Shown here: one piece after another, positions 24,179 to 38,325 of the stretch
Layout: each line of letters begins with the position of its first letter
Position numbering within the stretch: position 1 is the first letter of the stretch
Origin: Octopus vulgaris
Taxonomy: Eukaryota
DNA: 64,000 bases
Direction of reading: 5' to 3'
Assembly (NCBI GenBank): GCA_951406725.2
Contig: OX597815.1
Span: forward strand, 78,864,001-78,928,000
Notes under the pieces: model-generated
What the model saw: only the letters and a program-made list of their open reading frames with translations
Databases searched by the model: none
What the model was told of the DNA's origin: nothing
Program-made: the position numbers and the translations under genes

Positions 24179-24345
24179 TCTGTTCCAAAGTTTCCCACCT
24201 GCCAGCCAGAGTTGTATCGCTACCCAAATTGAGCAAGAAATAAGCCATCTAATTAGTAATTTCTGGAACATGTCTCATCACCAACACGACCACTTAAGAG
24301 CTTTGATTGAAGCAATATTGAACTTACTAGAAAATTTCACCTTGG
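24179..24345 (+). CDS. THADA: THADA exon 4 (SLFQSFPP...NLLENFTLG)
   Basis: ttatttag| ... G|gtttgt; phase 2 to 1; ENFTLG resembles ENFNLG. Confidence 0.88.
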
Positions 24346-24379
24346 GTTTGTATATTTTCTTTTGTTTAACTTTATGGCA

Positions 24380-24728
24380 AACCACACATCGCAAAAATGA
24401 CATTGGCGAATCTACTAGAGTTGGAGTTGGAAGTTCTCCATCATCTGCCATACTCACCCTCTGACTACCATTTCTTCCAGAATTTGGATAACTTTTTGAC
24501 AGGAAAAAAAAATTAAATTCTGACGATACTTTAAAACAGGTCTTCCAAGATTTATTGACTCTAGATTGCCAGGCTTTTACAGTTCCAGGTTGGATAAGCT
24601 ACTGCTGAAATGGCAAAAGTGTATTGATGATATGGGTGCATACTTTGATGAATAAAACTATTCCTTATAGTTATAAAACATTAGTAAACTTTTTTCTTTT
24701 CTACAAATTTCATACTTGACGACCTTAT
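24380..24728 (+). mobile_element. 3' fragment of the 51160 mariner family
   Basis: Colinear with about 51820-52170, including the right TIR. Confidence 0.85.
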
Positions 24729-25254
24729 AAATAATGAATGAAAACTTACAGTGAAAACAATAATGATTGAACTTAAAGTGGAACCAAAGCATCTGAAAAA
24801 TGAAAGTGAAAACAATAGAGAGTGAGTGAGATATAGAGAGAGGGAGAAAGAGAGAGAGAGATCTAGCTAGTTAGACAAATAAGATAGATATAGATAGGAA
24901 GAGATGGACAGAGAGATATAGACGTCAATGATGCTAGAAAACCGGAAGTAAATATGTTAAAAACTTTCAAAGACGTGAATGTGATATAAAAAGCAATATT
25001 TAAAAAATTTTTTTTATGACCAATTGATGTAAGGAAGATAATCAGTTTCTGAAAGTTACTTCACAAAGAGTTACCTCCTTTCTCCACGTAACCCAGGAAC
25101 AAATGTTTTCTGCCTCTAGGGGTGCCGTTACATGTGTGTATATATTTATGTATATATACGTTTATCAATTCATTTTGCAAGATTCTAATCACACATACTA
25201 TATTTTAATGAGCATACATTATATGGTAATGTTAAATATTCTTTTATTTTACAG

Positions 25255-25287
25255 GAGAAGAAAGTTTGAGAAAACAATGCATGCCAG
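25255..25287 (+). CDS. THADA: THADA exon 5, 33-nt small exon (GEESLRKQCMP)
   Basis: ttttacag| ... CAG|gtaagt; frame-preserving, phase 1 to 1. Confidence 0.85.
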
Positions 25288-28200
25288 GTAAGTAACTTTT
25301 AATATATTCAGTGATATAGAAAATAGAAAGTCTTTACTGTTTATTCTCTAAAACCTGTTAATGATGGAGTGTAAATAGACAAATATTTGTGTAATAAATG
25401 GAGTCAGTTGTTTCACTCTTTATGATCAAATTTAAACTATTCATCAGCTAGTAAACAGCCTTGTCACATTAAAGTAATAATCTTAAGAGTTGTGACATTA
25501 ACGTCATTTTCAAGAACATATGCAATGTAGATGAAGTGGAAGAGCTACAGCAAGCAATGAAATCTAGGTTGCAATTTCAAATTTACTAGGTACTCACCCA
25601 ACTGTGGTATGATTGTTTGTGTTATTCAGTAGCAGGCTCTAAGGAAGACCCCCATCACTACTATCTTTATGTTCTTCCCAATTATTTCTACCCATTTTTA
25701 TATAATGTGGCATAGCCATATATCTCCCCAGTAGGGACCTGTACTTGTCCCTCTATTATATTGGCATATAGCCACCTGTCTCCCCTTTCAATTTTCTCCC
25801 AGCCCAACCTTAATCATGAGTTTTCTTTTTCCTTTTTCTCCCTGTTATTTTTTTCAGTTTACAAGTTAACAACCTTTCTACTGCTAGTGACATGAAAAAA
25901 GCACCCAGTACACACTGTAAAGTAGTTGGCATTAGGAAGGACATCCAGCCATAGATATCAAAGCTGACCCTGGGGTTTGGTGCAGCTCACCAAATCCTGT
26001 CAAACCAAACCATCTGGTCCATACCAGCATGGAAAAATGGACTTTAAATGATGATGATGAGGAGGAAGTCAACTGTTATGCTCAGTACTATACTAGTAAC
26101 TTTTGACATTTGTTTTTTCACTGTTTAGTCATGAAGGAGAAAGGCAACACTCACCATGACCCTTTATTTTTATCAAAGACCCTGAGACTAGTCAGAAGGA
26201 AAGAAGTTATCCTCAAACCAGAGACCTTATATAAATGCTTACAATAGAATAAACTCTGCTTAAGGCACCCTGGGAGCAAGACTGGTGTTAAACCAGGCAA
26301 CAGATTAAAGTAACCATTTAAAAACTCAGCATAGACAGAGTATGATAGAATACCACAAAGTATCATATCTAATTTTCTTGGAATCATATCTGCTAATTCA
26401 TCATCTGGTTTCATACTTTTTATTTAATCGCCTTTGAAAAGATGAAAGGCAAAAAGTTGATGTCAATGGGATATGAATTTTCTGTTTAGCAGCTGTTATA
26501 TTTTCTGTTTGTGAACCAAATTTAGAAAGTATCAGTTAGGTTGGTAAATAGAGTACAAGGCTGCTAATTACAGGGTTGGTAGTTTCCTGTCATAGATACT
26601 ACATTTCATATCATGCACAATTTTTTATTATGCCCAATCTTTTAGTTATAAGCAATTACACCATGTTGCTTTGTCTGGTAAGACTTCTGTAAATAGATAA
26701 TTGTTTTGTTAACTTACAGTGCTGACTTTGTATAAGACTATTAACTTGGCGAATGAGATAAGATCAGCCATATTGACTTGTCTTATTTTTTTCTGTGAGA
26801 AGTATCAGGAAGATATGAAGATATGAAAGCAGGGATATCATCTTTCATGAAATATATTTTGCACCAGAGTGCACTTTAAAAGAAAACATCAGATTAGATT
26901 AGTCATCACTAATCTAAAATTATGTACTTTATTAAAAAGGCCTGTTTCTTTCTTGGTGGTTAGAAGAAAAGGGCAATGCTTATAAGTACTTTTGCTTATG
27001 AAATCCTTCCTGTTCACATCCTACAAAGCAGAATGTGAGCAGGAGGGAGACTTAAAATTATGGATTATTCTCAGACTGGCAACCTGATCTGAATGCTTGC
27101 TTCAGAATGATCTTCACTGAAAACCTCCAAGAATAAGATGGTGCTGGAGTAGATCTACCAGCCAAGAGTAGGTTCAATCTTTCTGATTGGCTTTCAGTTT
27201 TTGCCTGGAAGGGTGGGCACAATGGGTAATATTTACTGAATTTTTGATTTTGAGGAAAAAAAGTTTTTACAAGTGTTCTCTAACTTACAAAAAACTATGT
27301 CAACTAAGCAAATGACCTTCTTTAAATGCATTAAAAGCACTATAACATATTCAGAACACTATTTCAGAAAATTATCTCTGTTCTCTTTGGGTGTATTAAA
27401 GACAAATTTAGCTGGGGCAACACAAGTAAGATAAAGCTATGGTAAATTTGTTTCTTCAGTTCTCCAGAATTACATTTGAAAAAAGACTCATGTACATCAA
27501 TATCCATCCTTGGACATGAGAAAGATAGAGCAGAAATGCAATAAAAATTTTAGATATCTTGGTCAAGTGAAAGCAGCTCTCAGAAAAATTGTGCATGATA
27601 TGACTAAATCTAAAAAACTCATCATAAAATATTCTCCAGAGCTTCTTCATGAGCTGATGAAGTGGCTCCTTCCTGATATATTTATCATGCTGTAAAGAAA
27701 TTACTGAAATTTGTCGTTATACATTTTACTCCATTTTAGACATAACTTTTTGAAAATTGAATATTATCAAATGAGAAAAAATTTATTTGGAATCCAACAG
27801 AGAAAAGAATATTGATTGTTAAACACCTACAATTATCTAGCTATTTTATCAGCAACCTCAATTACAATTGGGTTGAAGTTGAGGAAGAATTTCTTTAAAA
27901 AAAAAGGATCTGTCACCCGACTACATTTCAAACCCTCTCAACTTCAGTATCAACTATGCTGACTTATTTTCACTCCCCAAAATAATGATGCAATACTTGT
28001 AATGGTTCAAATAGTTAGGGAGAAAATAACAAGAAATCAAAAAGTTTTCATTTTGCTCCACTTACCCATTTTGAACACCACCATCACCAAATTTCACTCT
28101 TATGGTAGAAGACACCCAAGGTGGCACAAACTGGAATTGAACCTGGAACCTCAAGACTGTGAAGTGACCTTTTAAACCAAATAACCATGCCTGTTCCTAA

Positions 28201-28642
28201 GTTTCATTTAAGTTTTTAGTTATTATCAAATTATATGTCCTGCCCTCTGCTGTTGTTGTTTCACCCAGGTCACCCCAATAAAGCAGATCTATGATCAAAG
28301 GCATTCCAGTTATGCTCCAACTGTCTTTCTTTCTAGATATAGTGTTCTAGGAATACAATATTCAATGTGTCCTTCCTCTTTTAAGATGGTAGGATGTGAT
28401 TTGAAGGCAGTTTTTACTTCTAACCAGTTTTTACTACTCTCATGTTGGTTCATAGTGCCCTCAGTGGACATGGATGAAGAGGATATGATTAGATCTTGGG
28501 ATTGTTTGACCTCATGAAAGAGATTGAGGTGGATGATCATTTTTTCACATTGCTCACCTTTCCAACCCCAACATAGAAATGTAGACTTCAAAATGATGAT
28601 GATTATGATGATGACATATTGATGTTTAATCTATTTTTCCAG

Positions 28643-28691
28643 TGATAAAATTTTTATCTCAGTGTCTCCAGGAATTCCTCACTGTTCTCAG
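28643..28691 (+). CDS. THADA: THADA exon 6 (VIKFLSQCLQEFLTVL)
   Basis: tttttccag| ... CAG|gtaagt; phase 1 to 2; resembles VLHFLQKSLIE. Confidence 0.87.
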
Positions 28692-29195
28692 GTAAGTACA
28701 GCAAACTTTTAATATATTACTGTAAAATATTTTTATTAGTTCATATATATAGGTGCAGCCATGGCTGTGTGGTTAAGAAACTCACTTTACAACTCATGTG
28801 GTTTCTGGTTCAGTTCCATTGCATGGCACCTTAGGCAAGTGTCCTCAATATAGCCCCAGACCAACCAAAGCCTTGGAAGTTGATTTTGGTAGACAGAAAC
28901 TGAAAGAAGTTTATGTGTGTGTGTGTGTTTGTGTCCTCTTGTCTTAACATTGCATAAGCAGTATAATTCAAGCAGGATATCCTGCCATAGAAAATCTACC
29001 TCAATAAACTTGATCTAAATATATATATAAATATAATCTAAGTTCAGGAAGGCTGTTTCTGGAGAAACGCTCAACCTGAGTTCTGCGCTACCAACACTGT
29101 TGGATTCCAAACTTATACCAAAATTCTTCAAGTGTAGAAGATCTTGGTTTTGCAACAGTAAAACTGTTGTGTGGGTCTAGTGAAGAGTAAAATAT

Positions 29196-29364
29196 AATCT
29201 GAATAAGAAGACAAAGAAATGTTTTAACATATCTTTAATGATCGGTTACAATTGTTTCTGTAAAACATCTGCTTGCAACTGGCATTGCAAGAAGAGTTGG
29301 TACAGAAACAATTGTAACTAATTATTAAAGATATGTTAAAGTATTTCTTTGTCTTATTTGGATT
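29196..29364. repeat. Foldback inverted repeat with about 75-bp arms
   Basis: aagacaaagaaatgttttaacatatctttaat..ttacaattgtttctgta / tacagaaacaattgtaa..attaaagatatgttaaagtatttctttgtctt. Confidence 0.9.
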
Positions 29365-29799
29365 GTGTGTGTGTGTGTATTTATATGTCATTTTCAAAAC
29401 TGTCGTCTCAATTCATATTTACTTGTCTTTCTGTTTCATCTTTTCAACTTCTGTCCCTGTTACTATCAGAGTCCCATCAATATTCCTTTCTCATACATTT
29501 CTATTACTACCTGTCTTGTATTATTATTGCAGATCTTCATTATCACTTTCCATATCATTATCATCATCTCCTTATTAGCACAATAAGACTTAAATGTTCT
29601 TGGGTTAACAGAGTAACCACTACCTGGTTGTTTGAACTGGTGGAAGTAACAACCAAATCTCCTTTAAATCATGCCCTACCATTTTAAAAGAAAGGTATAG
29701 TCTGAAAAAACAAAAAAACAAAATAGTTATGGTAGGTCATGTCTATTTGACCCAGACATGAGAACACTCATTGGTTTTCATTGCTTTTACCCTTGACTA

Positions 29800-30240
29800 T
29801 TACCACCACTGTTATAGCTATTATAATTGTTTCCCATCATTATCAATCTCCTTGTCATTACCACTAACCTGTCATTACCATTACTTCCATCATTACCACC
29901 ACTTCCATCATTACCACTTCCTCCACCATTACCACTACCTTTATCATTACTACTGTTATAACCTTCATCATTACCACTTTTTCCATCATTACCACTACCT
30001 CTGTCATTACTACTACCTCTCATTACCACTATCTCTGTCATTACCACTATCTCTGTCATTACCACTATCTCTGTCATTACCACTATCTCTGTCATTACCA
30101 CTATCTTTATCATTACCACTACCACTGTCATTACTTTTGTCATTACCACTACTCCTGTCATTACCATTACATCCATCATTATCAATACATCTATCATTAT
30201 CACTTCATCTATTGTTACCACTACTTCTTCCATTACCAGT
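29800..30240. repeat. Minisatellite, core 18-mer CTCTGTCATTACCACTAT, just upstream of exon 7
   Basis: Exact units at about 30030-30110, degenerate on both sides. Confidence 0.9.
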
Positions 30241-30290
30241 GTTGTAGTTGTCAAGTCATCACCTAGTGTATGTCTCTGTTTCTTTGTTAG

Positions 30291-30478
30291 CCTCACCAAC
30301 ATCCCACCTGTACAATGCAATGAAATCATGCATCACTGTCTGTCGACATCGAAAGCAGTGAATAAAGTTTTACAGAAATTCTCTGCAGCTTATACCAATG
30401 CAATATCTTCCAACACTGATGAAATGGACACAATTTCAGCACAGCTGGCATCAACAGCTTTAATTCTCATCCAAGAAG
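30291..30478 (+). CDS. THADA: THADA exon 7 (SLTNIPPVQCNEIMHHCLSTSKAVNKVLQKF...LIQE)
   Basis: tctttgttag| ... AAG|gtaatg; phase 2 to 1. Confidence 0.87.
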
Positions 30479-33099
30479 GTAATGTTAATGATCAAAATAT
30501 TATGTCATTGTGCTTAAATGCATCCTGTTTACTCTGCAAGTACATAATTTTGGGTTCTGTCCCACTGCATGGCACCATGAGTAAGTGTCTTCTACAATAG
30601 TTCTGGGCTGACCAGTCCCTTTTGAGTGAATATGATAGACAGAGACTGTGTGGAAGCCCATTGTATGTCTCTGTGTGTGTATATAAATTATGATAAGACC
30701 ACTGAAATCTGTTTGTGAATTTTGGTAAAAAATATATTAATTTTTATTGTAAACAAAAAAAAATGTTACTACGAACATCAAACACTGAGATAGATTGAAG
30801 CTTATTGTTCTTGGACTAGGTATCATAGTAGTCGCTACTGTGCTGTTAGCTGATCATTGTATGTTGTGGTCGCTGTCTGTCCATTGTTGTGACAGCACTC
30901 TAGCCAGCTGCTGGTTGTGCTACTCTCAACTGCTACTGTCTTCTGTATCCAGTCTGATGTTTGCTCTCTGTCAGCAGTAACTCCAATGTGCTGAGTGATG
31001 GTTTTGCTCAGAAAAAGTGCACTAAAGATGAAATTGTTATTAGATCTGGTTTCACGAGAAGTCTTGGATGGTCAGATTATTTTATGGTGTTGGTAATATT
31101 CTAGAAAATCGTATTCTTGAGTTGTTTTTTTGCATTAGACATAGTGATTAAGGTTTAATTTCTATGTTAAATATTCCTGCTGCTTATTCCTGTAAAAGGG
31201 TCTTTGTCTTGCAAATTACTTGGTGACCTTGCTGATGCTGGTGTCACATAAAAAGCACCCAGTGCACATTGTAAAGTGGCATTAGGAAGGATGTCCAGCT
31301 GTAGAAACCATGCCAAACTTTTTTATTTTAACCTTCTCAAGTCATGCTGACATATAAAGGCTGGTTTCCCAGTTTCCAAGGTGTATAAATTCCCCGCCTG
31401 GGCAGGATGCCAGTCTGTCGCAGGATTACCCATTTTTGCCAGCTGAGTGGACTGGAGCAACATGAAATGAAGTGTTTTGCTCAAGAACACAATGCGTCAC
31501 CTGGTCCAGGGATTGAAACCACAATCTTGTAATCATGAGGCCAACACCCTAACCATGAAACCACACACCTCCATAGAAACCATGCCAAAACAGACAACTG
31601 AGCCTGGTGCAGTTCTCTGACGTACCAACTCCTGTGAAACCGTTCAACTTATGCCAACATGGGAAATTAGACAGTAAATGGTGATGATTTACCTGTGTGT
31701 CTTTGTGTCTGAGTCTGTCATCTCACCCCCACAACAAGTATTGGCTTGTTTACATCTCTGTAACTTAGTAGTTCAGCAAAAGAGACTGGTAGAATAAGTG
31801 TCAGACTTCAAAATAAGTACTAGAGTTGATTTGTTTGACTAAACCTGTCAAAGTAGTTCCCCAGCATGGCCACAGCTCAATGCCTGAAACAAGTAAAAGA
31901 TAATGATTAAATGATAATGATGCACTGTCTTATTTTTCAGTGCTCCCACCACTGTTATCAGTCTGCTACAATGACTTAGTTCCATGGTAGTTTGTACTTT
32001 CACTTTATACCTGTTTATCTGTTTTGCTATTCCTGAATTTAATGTTTCTCCTTGAGAGTCAGCATTTTAAAGATTGTGAACCTAATGCCCTAACCATACA
32101 ACATGGTTTTGTGATTAGAGTGTTGGGCTCATAATCATAATGTCACATTCCTGAGTGCAGTTCCTGGACCGGATGGCATGTTGTCCTTTTTGAGCAAGAC
32201 ACATTATTTCACACTGCTCCACTCTATTTAGCTGTAGATGTATACTAACTGAGTGCTGGTGCAGCTCTCTCTCCCCATCTGTCACATCCTCAATGACTTG
32301 CTATGTAAAACACTGAGGAGCACTATTCTTGCAATTATGTAGACACCTAAAACAATTAGTAAAAACATGCTACAAACTACCAAGTCATACTTGCATGCAA
32401 GTGACATCTAAGCATATTCTGAGTTTTAGGAGTTAAGCTGTTTCTCTTTTGTAAAGCCCTTTGAAAATATGAGCTATTAGAAATAATTTTGCACAAGGCC
32501 AGTAATTTTTAAGTGATGTGGTTTAATCCCTTACATTGACCTCAGTACTTGACTAGTATTTATTTTATTATGCCGGAAGAAAGGCTAAGTTAACCTTGGC
32601 AGAATTTGAACTCAGTGTTTAAGGAAAGAGTAAAAATATTGCAAAACATTTTTTCTGACACTAACAATTCTGTTGTCTTTGTTATTGGAAATGAGGGTCT
32701 GAAACTTCAGGTGATTGCTGTGCTTGAGAAGACACATCAAGCTAAGCAAAAGTGCAGTTGTCCTTGCATACAGGCATGCCCCCTGCATCCCTTTTCAGCT
32801 GAGTGATCCTAATCTCGCAGGCTTGTAGGTGCCAGTGTCACATAAAAATCAGCTCCCTCATGCTGGTGCTGTGTAAAAGCACCCAGTACACTCTGTAACG
32901 TGGTTGACATTAGGAAGGGCTCCAGCCATAAAATCTATGCCAAAACAGACTTGGAGCCTGGACAACTCTTTAACTGATCAGCTCCTGTTAAACCATCCAA
33001 CCCATGCCAGCATGTAAAAAACAGATGTTAAATGATGATGAATGTTTAATTTGTTCTGTTGTTATATTGATATTCATAAGTTTCTGTTCTTTAATTCAG

Positions 33100-33188
33100 A
33101 GAAGATGTTAATTGAATGCCGAACTAATGGTGCCATGACGTTGGTACTACTTCTGCAGTTATGGGATCACAACAACAGTGGATTATTA
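33100..33188 (+). CDS. THADA: THADA exon 8 (EKMLIECRTNGAMTLVLLLQLWDHNNSGLL)
   Basis: ttaattcag| ... |gtaagt; phase 1 to 0. Confidence 0.85.
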
Positions 33189-33887
33189 GTAAGTTGTCTG
33201 GTGTAAAGAAATTTGATCAGTTTCATTTTTTTTCAAAATTTTATTAGGTACAGGCATGGAATTGTGGTAAGAAGTTTCACATGCTTTTGGGCTCAGTTCC
33301 ACTGCATGGCACTTTGGGCAAGTGTCTTCTACTGTAGCCCCAGGTCAGCCAAAGCCTTGTGAGTAGATTTGGTGGGTAGAAACTGAAAGAAGCCCATTGT
33401 GTTTATGCGTGTATTACTATCTCTTTGCCTTGACATCACATGATAGTTTTAAGTGAGTGTAACCACCATTATACAAATGGTGTCCTTTGCTTCCAATCTT
33501 CTGGGAAAATATTTCTGATCATTGAGAAATATTACCTTACTTGGAAACAGGTGAAGGTTGGTGACAGAAAGAGCATCTAACTTAGAAAATCCACTTCAAC
33601 AAATTCCATCTCACCCATTCTAGCATGGAAAAGTGGACATTAAGATGATCATTTTATTTTTATCTCTCTTTTCTTTTGGAGAGATGAGTCCTTTCTGTAT
33701 AACTTTGAAGCAAAAGAAAGTGAGGGAGAATTAGAGAAAAATTGACACTAAGAGTGAAAAAGACAGATTGATACTGAGAGTGGTCAATGTCTAAAAGATT
33801 GAAAGGATGAAAGAGAGCCAAAACTTAGTAGTTAATAATTAAATGTTATTAATTGTTATTAATACATATATTTTTTTGCTTTTCCAG

Positions 33888-34144
33888 CTTTCTTCATTGC
33901 TTGATCATAAACATACACCGTGTCAGTTGTCAACATTTCCTCATTGGTTTCAAAATGCAGAACTATCAAATCCAACACTTTCAGAGTTATCAGCTTCTTC
34001 TTCATTGTCAGTAATATTTGCCATGCTAGCAGTAATTCCTCTGGAAAAACTAACTCAACCTTACCTTAAAGAAAACAACCATTTACCTGAAGACTGCACT
34101 ATATTCAATATTGTTCTAAGACAACTGTTTGTCAATATATCCAG
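33888..34144 (+). CDS. THADA: THADA exon 9 (LSSLLDHKH...PHWFQN...QLFVNIS)
   Basis: gcttttccag| ... CAG|gtaagg; phase 0 to 2. Confidence 0.88.
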
Positions 34145-35135
34145 GTAAGGAGTCATTAGCATCCTTTGATTGATTTGTCAAAAGATTGAAAATAGTGCTA
34201 GCACAATTCATAGACACTCCCAAAATGAAATGGGAGCATAATGTGGTATCTCCTGTTAGTGACTGTGGAACAGTCCAAACTATCAGTCAGCTGGTCAGTT
34301 GTCCCTTACTGGATTTTCTTCTTTGGAAGATTTGAGAAATAACAAAGAATGCAAAAAGATTGTGTATAAAAGTGGGAAGATTTGATATAGACATGAAAAA
34401 ATAACAAAAGTGATGATGACTTGTTTCTAATATAGGCATAAGGTTTGAAATTTGGAGGTGGCAGGATTGGGGTGGGGATGGGCTAATCAATTTCATTGTC
34501 CCCATACTTGCCTGGTTCTTTGCTTTTCATTCTTTCAGGGCCAATAAATAAAGTTGATTTTCATAGAATTTGAACTCATAATAATCCTTTCTACTAAAGG
34601 CACAAGGTCTGAAATTACATTAACTCCAGTGTTTCACTAGTACTTAATTTATCAATCCCAAAAGGATGAAAAGCAAAGTCAACCTTGGCAGAATTTGAAC
34701 TCAGAATGTAAAGACAGATGAAATGCTGTGAAGCATTTTGTCCTGCATGCTAATGATTCTGCCAGCTTGCCACCTTATTTGAACCCATGATAATAATGAT
34801 GATGGTTTAAAATTTTGGTACAAAGCCAACAATTTTAGTGATTGCTGGGTAGTCAATTACTTTAATTCCATTACTTGGCTGGTACTTTATTTCATCAGCC
34901 CCAAAAGGATGAAAGACTCAGGTGTATTGATGATAAACAGATCCTTAAACAAACTTGAATTTTGGTGTTTTTAGCTTCAGACTGCAGCATTTTACCACCA
35001 GATCACAGAACTGTTTCAACATCTTTGTTACTAACATTTGAAAAAAAAAATAAATTAAATAATTTTTTTAAAGTTGTAAAATGCCTGATAATAATATTTG
35101 AGAGTTTCAATAAATTCAATAAATTTTTGTTTTAG

Positions 35136-35201
35136 GAGTGAAAATGTTGGTACCAAACTTTTGGGCTGTAGGTCCCTGATTTTGTGGACATCTAAAATGG
35201 G
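35136..35201 (+). CDS. THADA: THADA exon 10 (RSENVGTKLLGCRSLILWTSKM)
   Basis: ttgttttag| ... GG|gtaagc; phase 2 to 2; resembles SRILASWT. Confidence 0.87.
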
Positions 35202-37319
35202 GTAAGCTAAATACTAATTTGTTATCTTATTTTCTTATAAACACTTTATACATTTAACTATTTGTTTTGCAAGATTCTTGATGTGAAATCATGTGTTGAA
35301 AATGATAATATTATACTTGGGGATAGCCATCTCTTGCCAATTAAACACACATACTATTTATTTGATCTTCACTTTAGCTTTAACTTTTGGTTGGAAGACA
35401 CATAGGTCAGAAAGTTGTTGAAAAAGTCACAGTATGTGGGATGAAAGAAATTTAACAAATAAACTGAACGTTATTTACATTTGATGAATATTTTTCCTCA
35501 TCTAGTTGTTAGTAAGATTCACTTGTTTTTTTTTTCCGATCTTTTGTACATTTATTTGCCATTAACACTTTAAATGTATTACTTACTAACGGCTAGTTTT
35601 CATAAGCTAACCATTTAAACTGTCTCTTCAAAATATAATTTTATGTAATTTCGTTAAGATAATTACTCGTTTCTCAGTCTGTTTAATTTCATTATTACCA
35701 TTATTTTCGTCTCTTGTACCATGTTCCCAAACTAAACTTTGTTTGTTCGTGGTGCACCTGCCCTCTCCCGCTCCCACCACCAATACCGGATATCTTTATT
35801 TTCCCACCACCAATACTGGATATCTCTATCTTCCCACCATCTACACCGGATATCTCTCTCTCCTCCTACCATCATTACTTGATGTCTCTTCTCCCAACCC
35901 CCTCCTCCTCACTGGGCTGTTTTCTATATATTACCTGCACTCTTTCTCTCTCTCCTGGGACAAATGCAACTAGCCCAGCTGCCCACCTACTTAACCGGCT
36001 ATCTTTCGTTTCATTCTGTCTAGAAGTTTGTCACCACCATTACCTGATGTTTCTTCTCTCAATTCCCTCTCCCCACTGGTGCTGTTCCTTATATTACCTG
36101 CACGCTCTCTCTACTGGGACAAATGCAACCAGGTTATCTGCCCACCTATTTAACCAGCTGTCTTTTGTTTCATCTTTGTTCCATCTAGAAACATACCAAC
36201 AACTACCCAGGAATTTTCCTTGGCCTTATCAAGTGAAGGAGAAAGCTATTTGGCTGTCCATGTGTGCTTGTTCCTGTGTGTGGGTACATGTGCATGCATT
36301 TGTGTGTATGTAGAGATGAGCTTGCTTCCTCTCTCTCTCTGTCTGAACCCTCCCCTGCTGGTGGTTCCCTCCATCATACCTGCAATCCCCTCTCCTTGGA
36401 CAAATGCAACCAATTTTAGCTGACTCCCTACCTAATTTAACATTGGAATATCCATATTTTGCTACACCGCTTAAATTTACATTATTCGATAACCATAATG
36501 CTTGTGCTTACATTGCCGATAACACCTGCTCCTTCCTCTAGTAGGGGCAACAATCTTAACATGCTTCAATGTTTGAATGATGTCAGGTCAGAAGTGAGAA
36601 CAGGTGAAGCATGCCTAAAAAACGAACACAACAACCTCCCTCTTCTTTTCAGGTGCTGAATAACATCTCTCCTCCCCAAGTTTCACTCCATATTCCTTTC
36701 CCAGCTAGAAGCAATGTTTCTTTGGGCTAAAACAACAGTAACATCATCCCTTTCAGGACTGCCACATTATCTTGGCAAAAAGCATTTATTTTAAAGAACT
36801 GTTACTGAATTTCTGTCTTTCAGATATTTAGAAATAATAATAAAGCTAAAGTGAAGATCAAATAAATAGTGCATGTGTTTATTCAGCAAAAAAATTACCA
36901 TCGCCATGAATAACTTATATATATTATGCAAACTATGCAACAGATATACAAACAGGGCAAATTTAACTATTTCTCCAAAGGCTGAAAAATTGGTGAACAA
37001 TCTTAATTTTCAAACCTTATTGGGTTCTCATAAGATGCTTCAAAGCCACAAGTGAGCTAGTGGAAGAGGCTAAAAGTATTGAAGTTTTATTCTCTAGGGC
37101 AATGATATGAAAGATATGCAGTGATATATATATATAGGTGCAGCCTTCTTGCTTCCCAGACCCCAGTTGAACCGTCCAACCCATGCTAGCATGGAAAGCG
37201 GATGCTAAATGATGATGATTATGATGATATATGGAAGATTCTGAAGAGTTTTGCACCAAAACTTTGGGATTGAAAGCTATACCCTCTCATCCATCTGAAC
37301 TACATGTCACTGCATAATA

Positions 37320-37650
37320 TCAAAGATGCCACCCTATCCATTTAGAGTAAGGGCCTGATAATGTGTCAATATAGAGATCCAAAGGCCCATAGCTTTTTAC
37401 CACATTGGTGAAAACCTTAGAGATCTGCAAGTCATTGATGCAGATGTATTTATAAAACATTTAGACAAATTTTTATCTGAGGTTTCAGATGAATCCACAT
37501 CACAGTAGGAAATGCAAATGTGTATAGTGATATACAACTGTCTCATTCATCAACACCAACCATGGACAGAAGAAATGAAATAAATTAAGTTGTATCAATA
37601 GCAGTACCCAACCATGAGCACAGCCTCTGGCTCAAATGGTATAAAGTGTG
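37320..37650 (+). mobile_element. Decayed CR1/L2-clade LINE 3' end
   Basis: Remnant translation ..NLRDLQVIDADVFIKHLDKFLSEVSDE.. Confidence 0.6.
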
Positions 37651-37843
37651 CATGTGTAATGATAGTGATATACCGTGCTTGAGAAAACCTGTCAAGCCAA
37701 GTGAGATCGTAGTTGTGGCTGATGCCAGTGTCACTTAACTGGCATGTAACAAGCACCTATTGGACATTGGGCAATATGCTGTGCTTGAGAAGACATGTCA
37801 AGCAATGTAAAATCATAGTCATGGCCGATGCCAGTGCTGTGTA

Positions 37844-38120
37844 CCGTAAGTCCTCGAGTATAGTCCGCCCTTGAATATAATACGCAGGGGATTTTTAGCG
37901 GGCTGCACCTCTGAAAAACCTAAACCTTGTGTATAATATGCACCCCTTCTCTAAGTTGAGTTAAGGAGGTCTATATAACATCCTAGGTTTGTAAAAATGT
38001 ATACGGTAACGTCCTTTATTATTATTGTATATATAACATAATGCAAACGTGTAGCTTTTTTGTGCATTTTGTTTGCAGAAAATAAAGAAATAACAGTAAT
38101 AACGTTTAATAAATAAACAA
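37844..38120 (+). mobile_element. Truncated pogo/Tigger-like element end
   Basis: TA|CCGTAAGTCCTCGAGTATAGTCCGC with repeated (g/a)tataata(c/t)gca motifs; partner TIR not found. Confidence 0.5.
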
Positions 38121-38325
38121 GACAGTACCCCAGTATGGCTGCAGTCTAATGATTGAAACAAGTAGAAGATAAAAGATAGAATAAAATCTTATCCAACCCA
38201 TGCCAACATGGAAAACACTTACATGAAGATAATTTCAATGGCAAACCAAAAACTGCATATATTCTAATGTGTTGCTCTATGTTATTTTATTTGATGTGAC
38301 ATTCAATTTTTCATGTTCTCAACAG

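Noticed and set aside
26760-27760. Possible very old transposase relic
   Set aside because: Too decayed to define termini or catalytic motifs by eye
29771-30329. His-rich, SLSLPL and VVMTEI ORFs of 158-180 aa
   Set aside because: Products of the 18-bp minisatellite; the THADA frame closes without them
35714-36313. 199-aa Pro/Ser-rich ORF
   Set aside because: Degenerate internal repeats and a pyrimidine-rich tract
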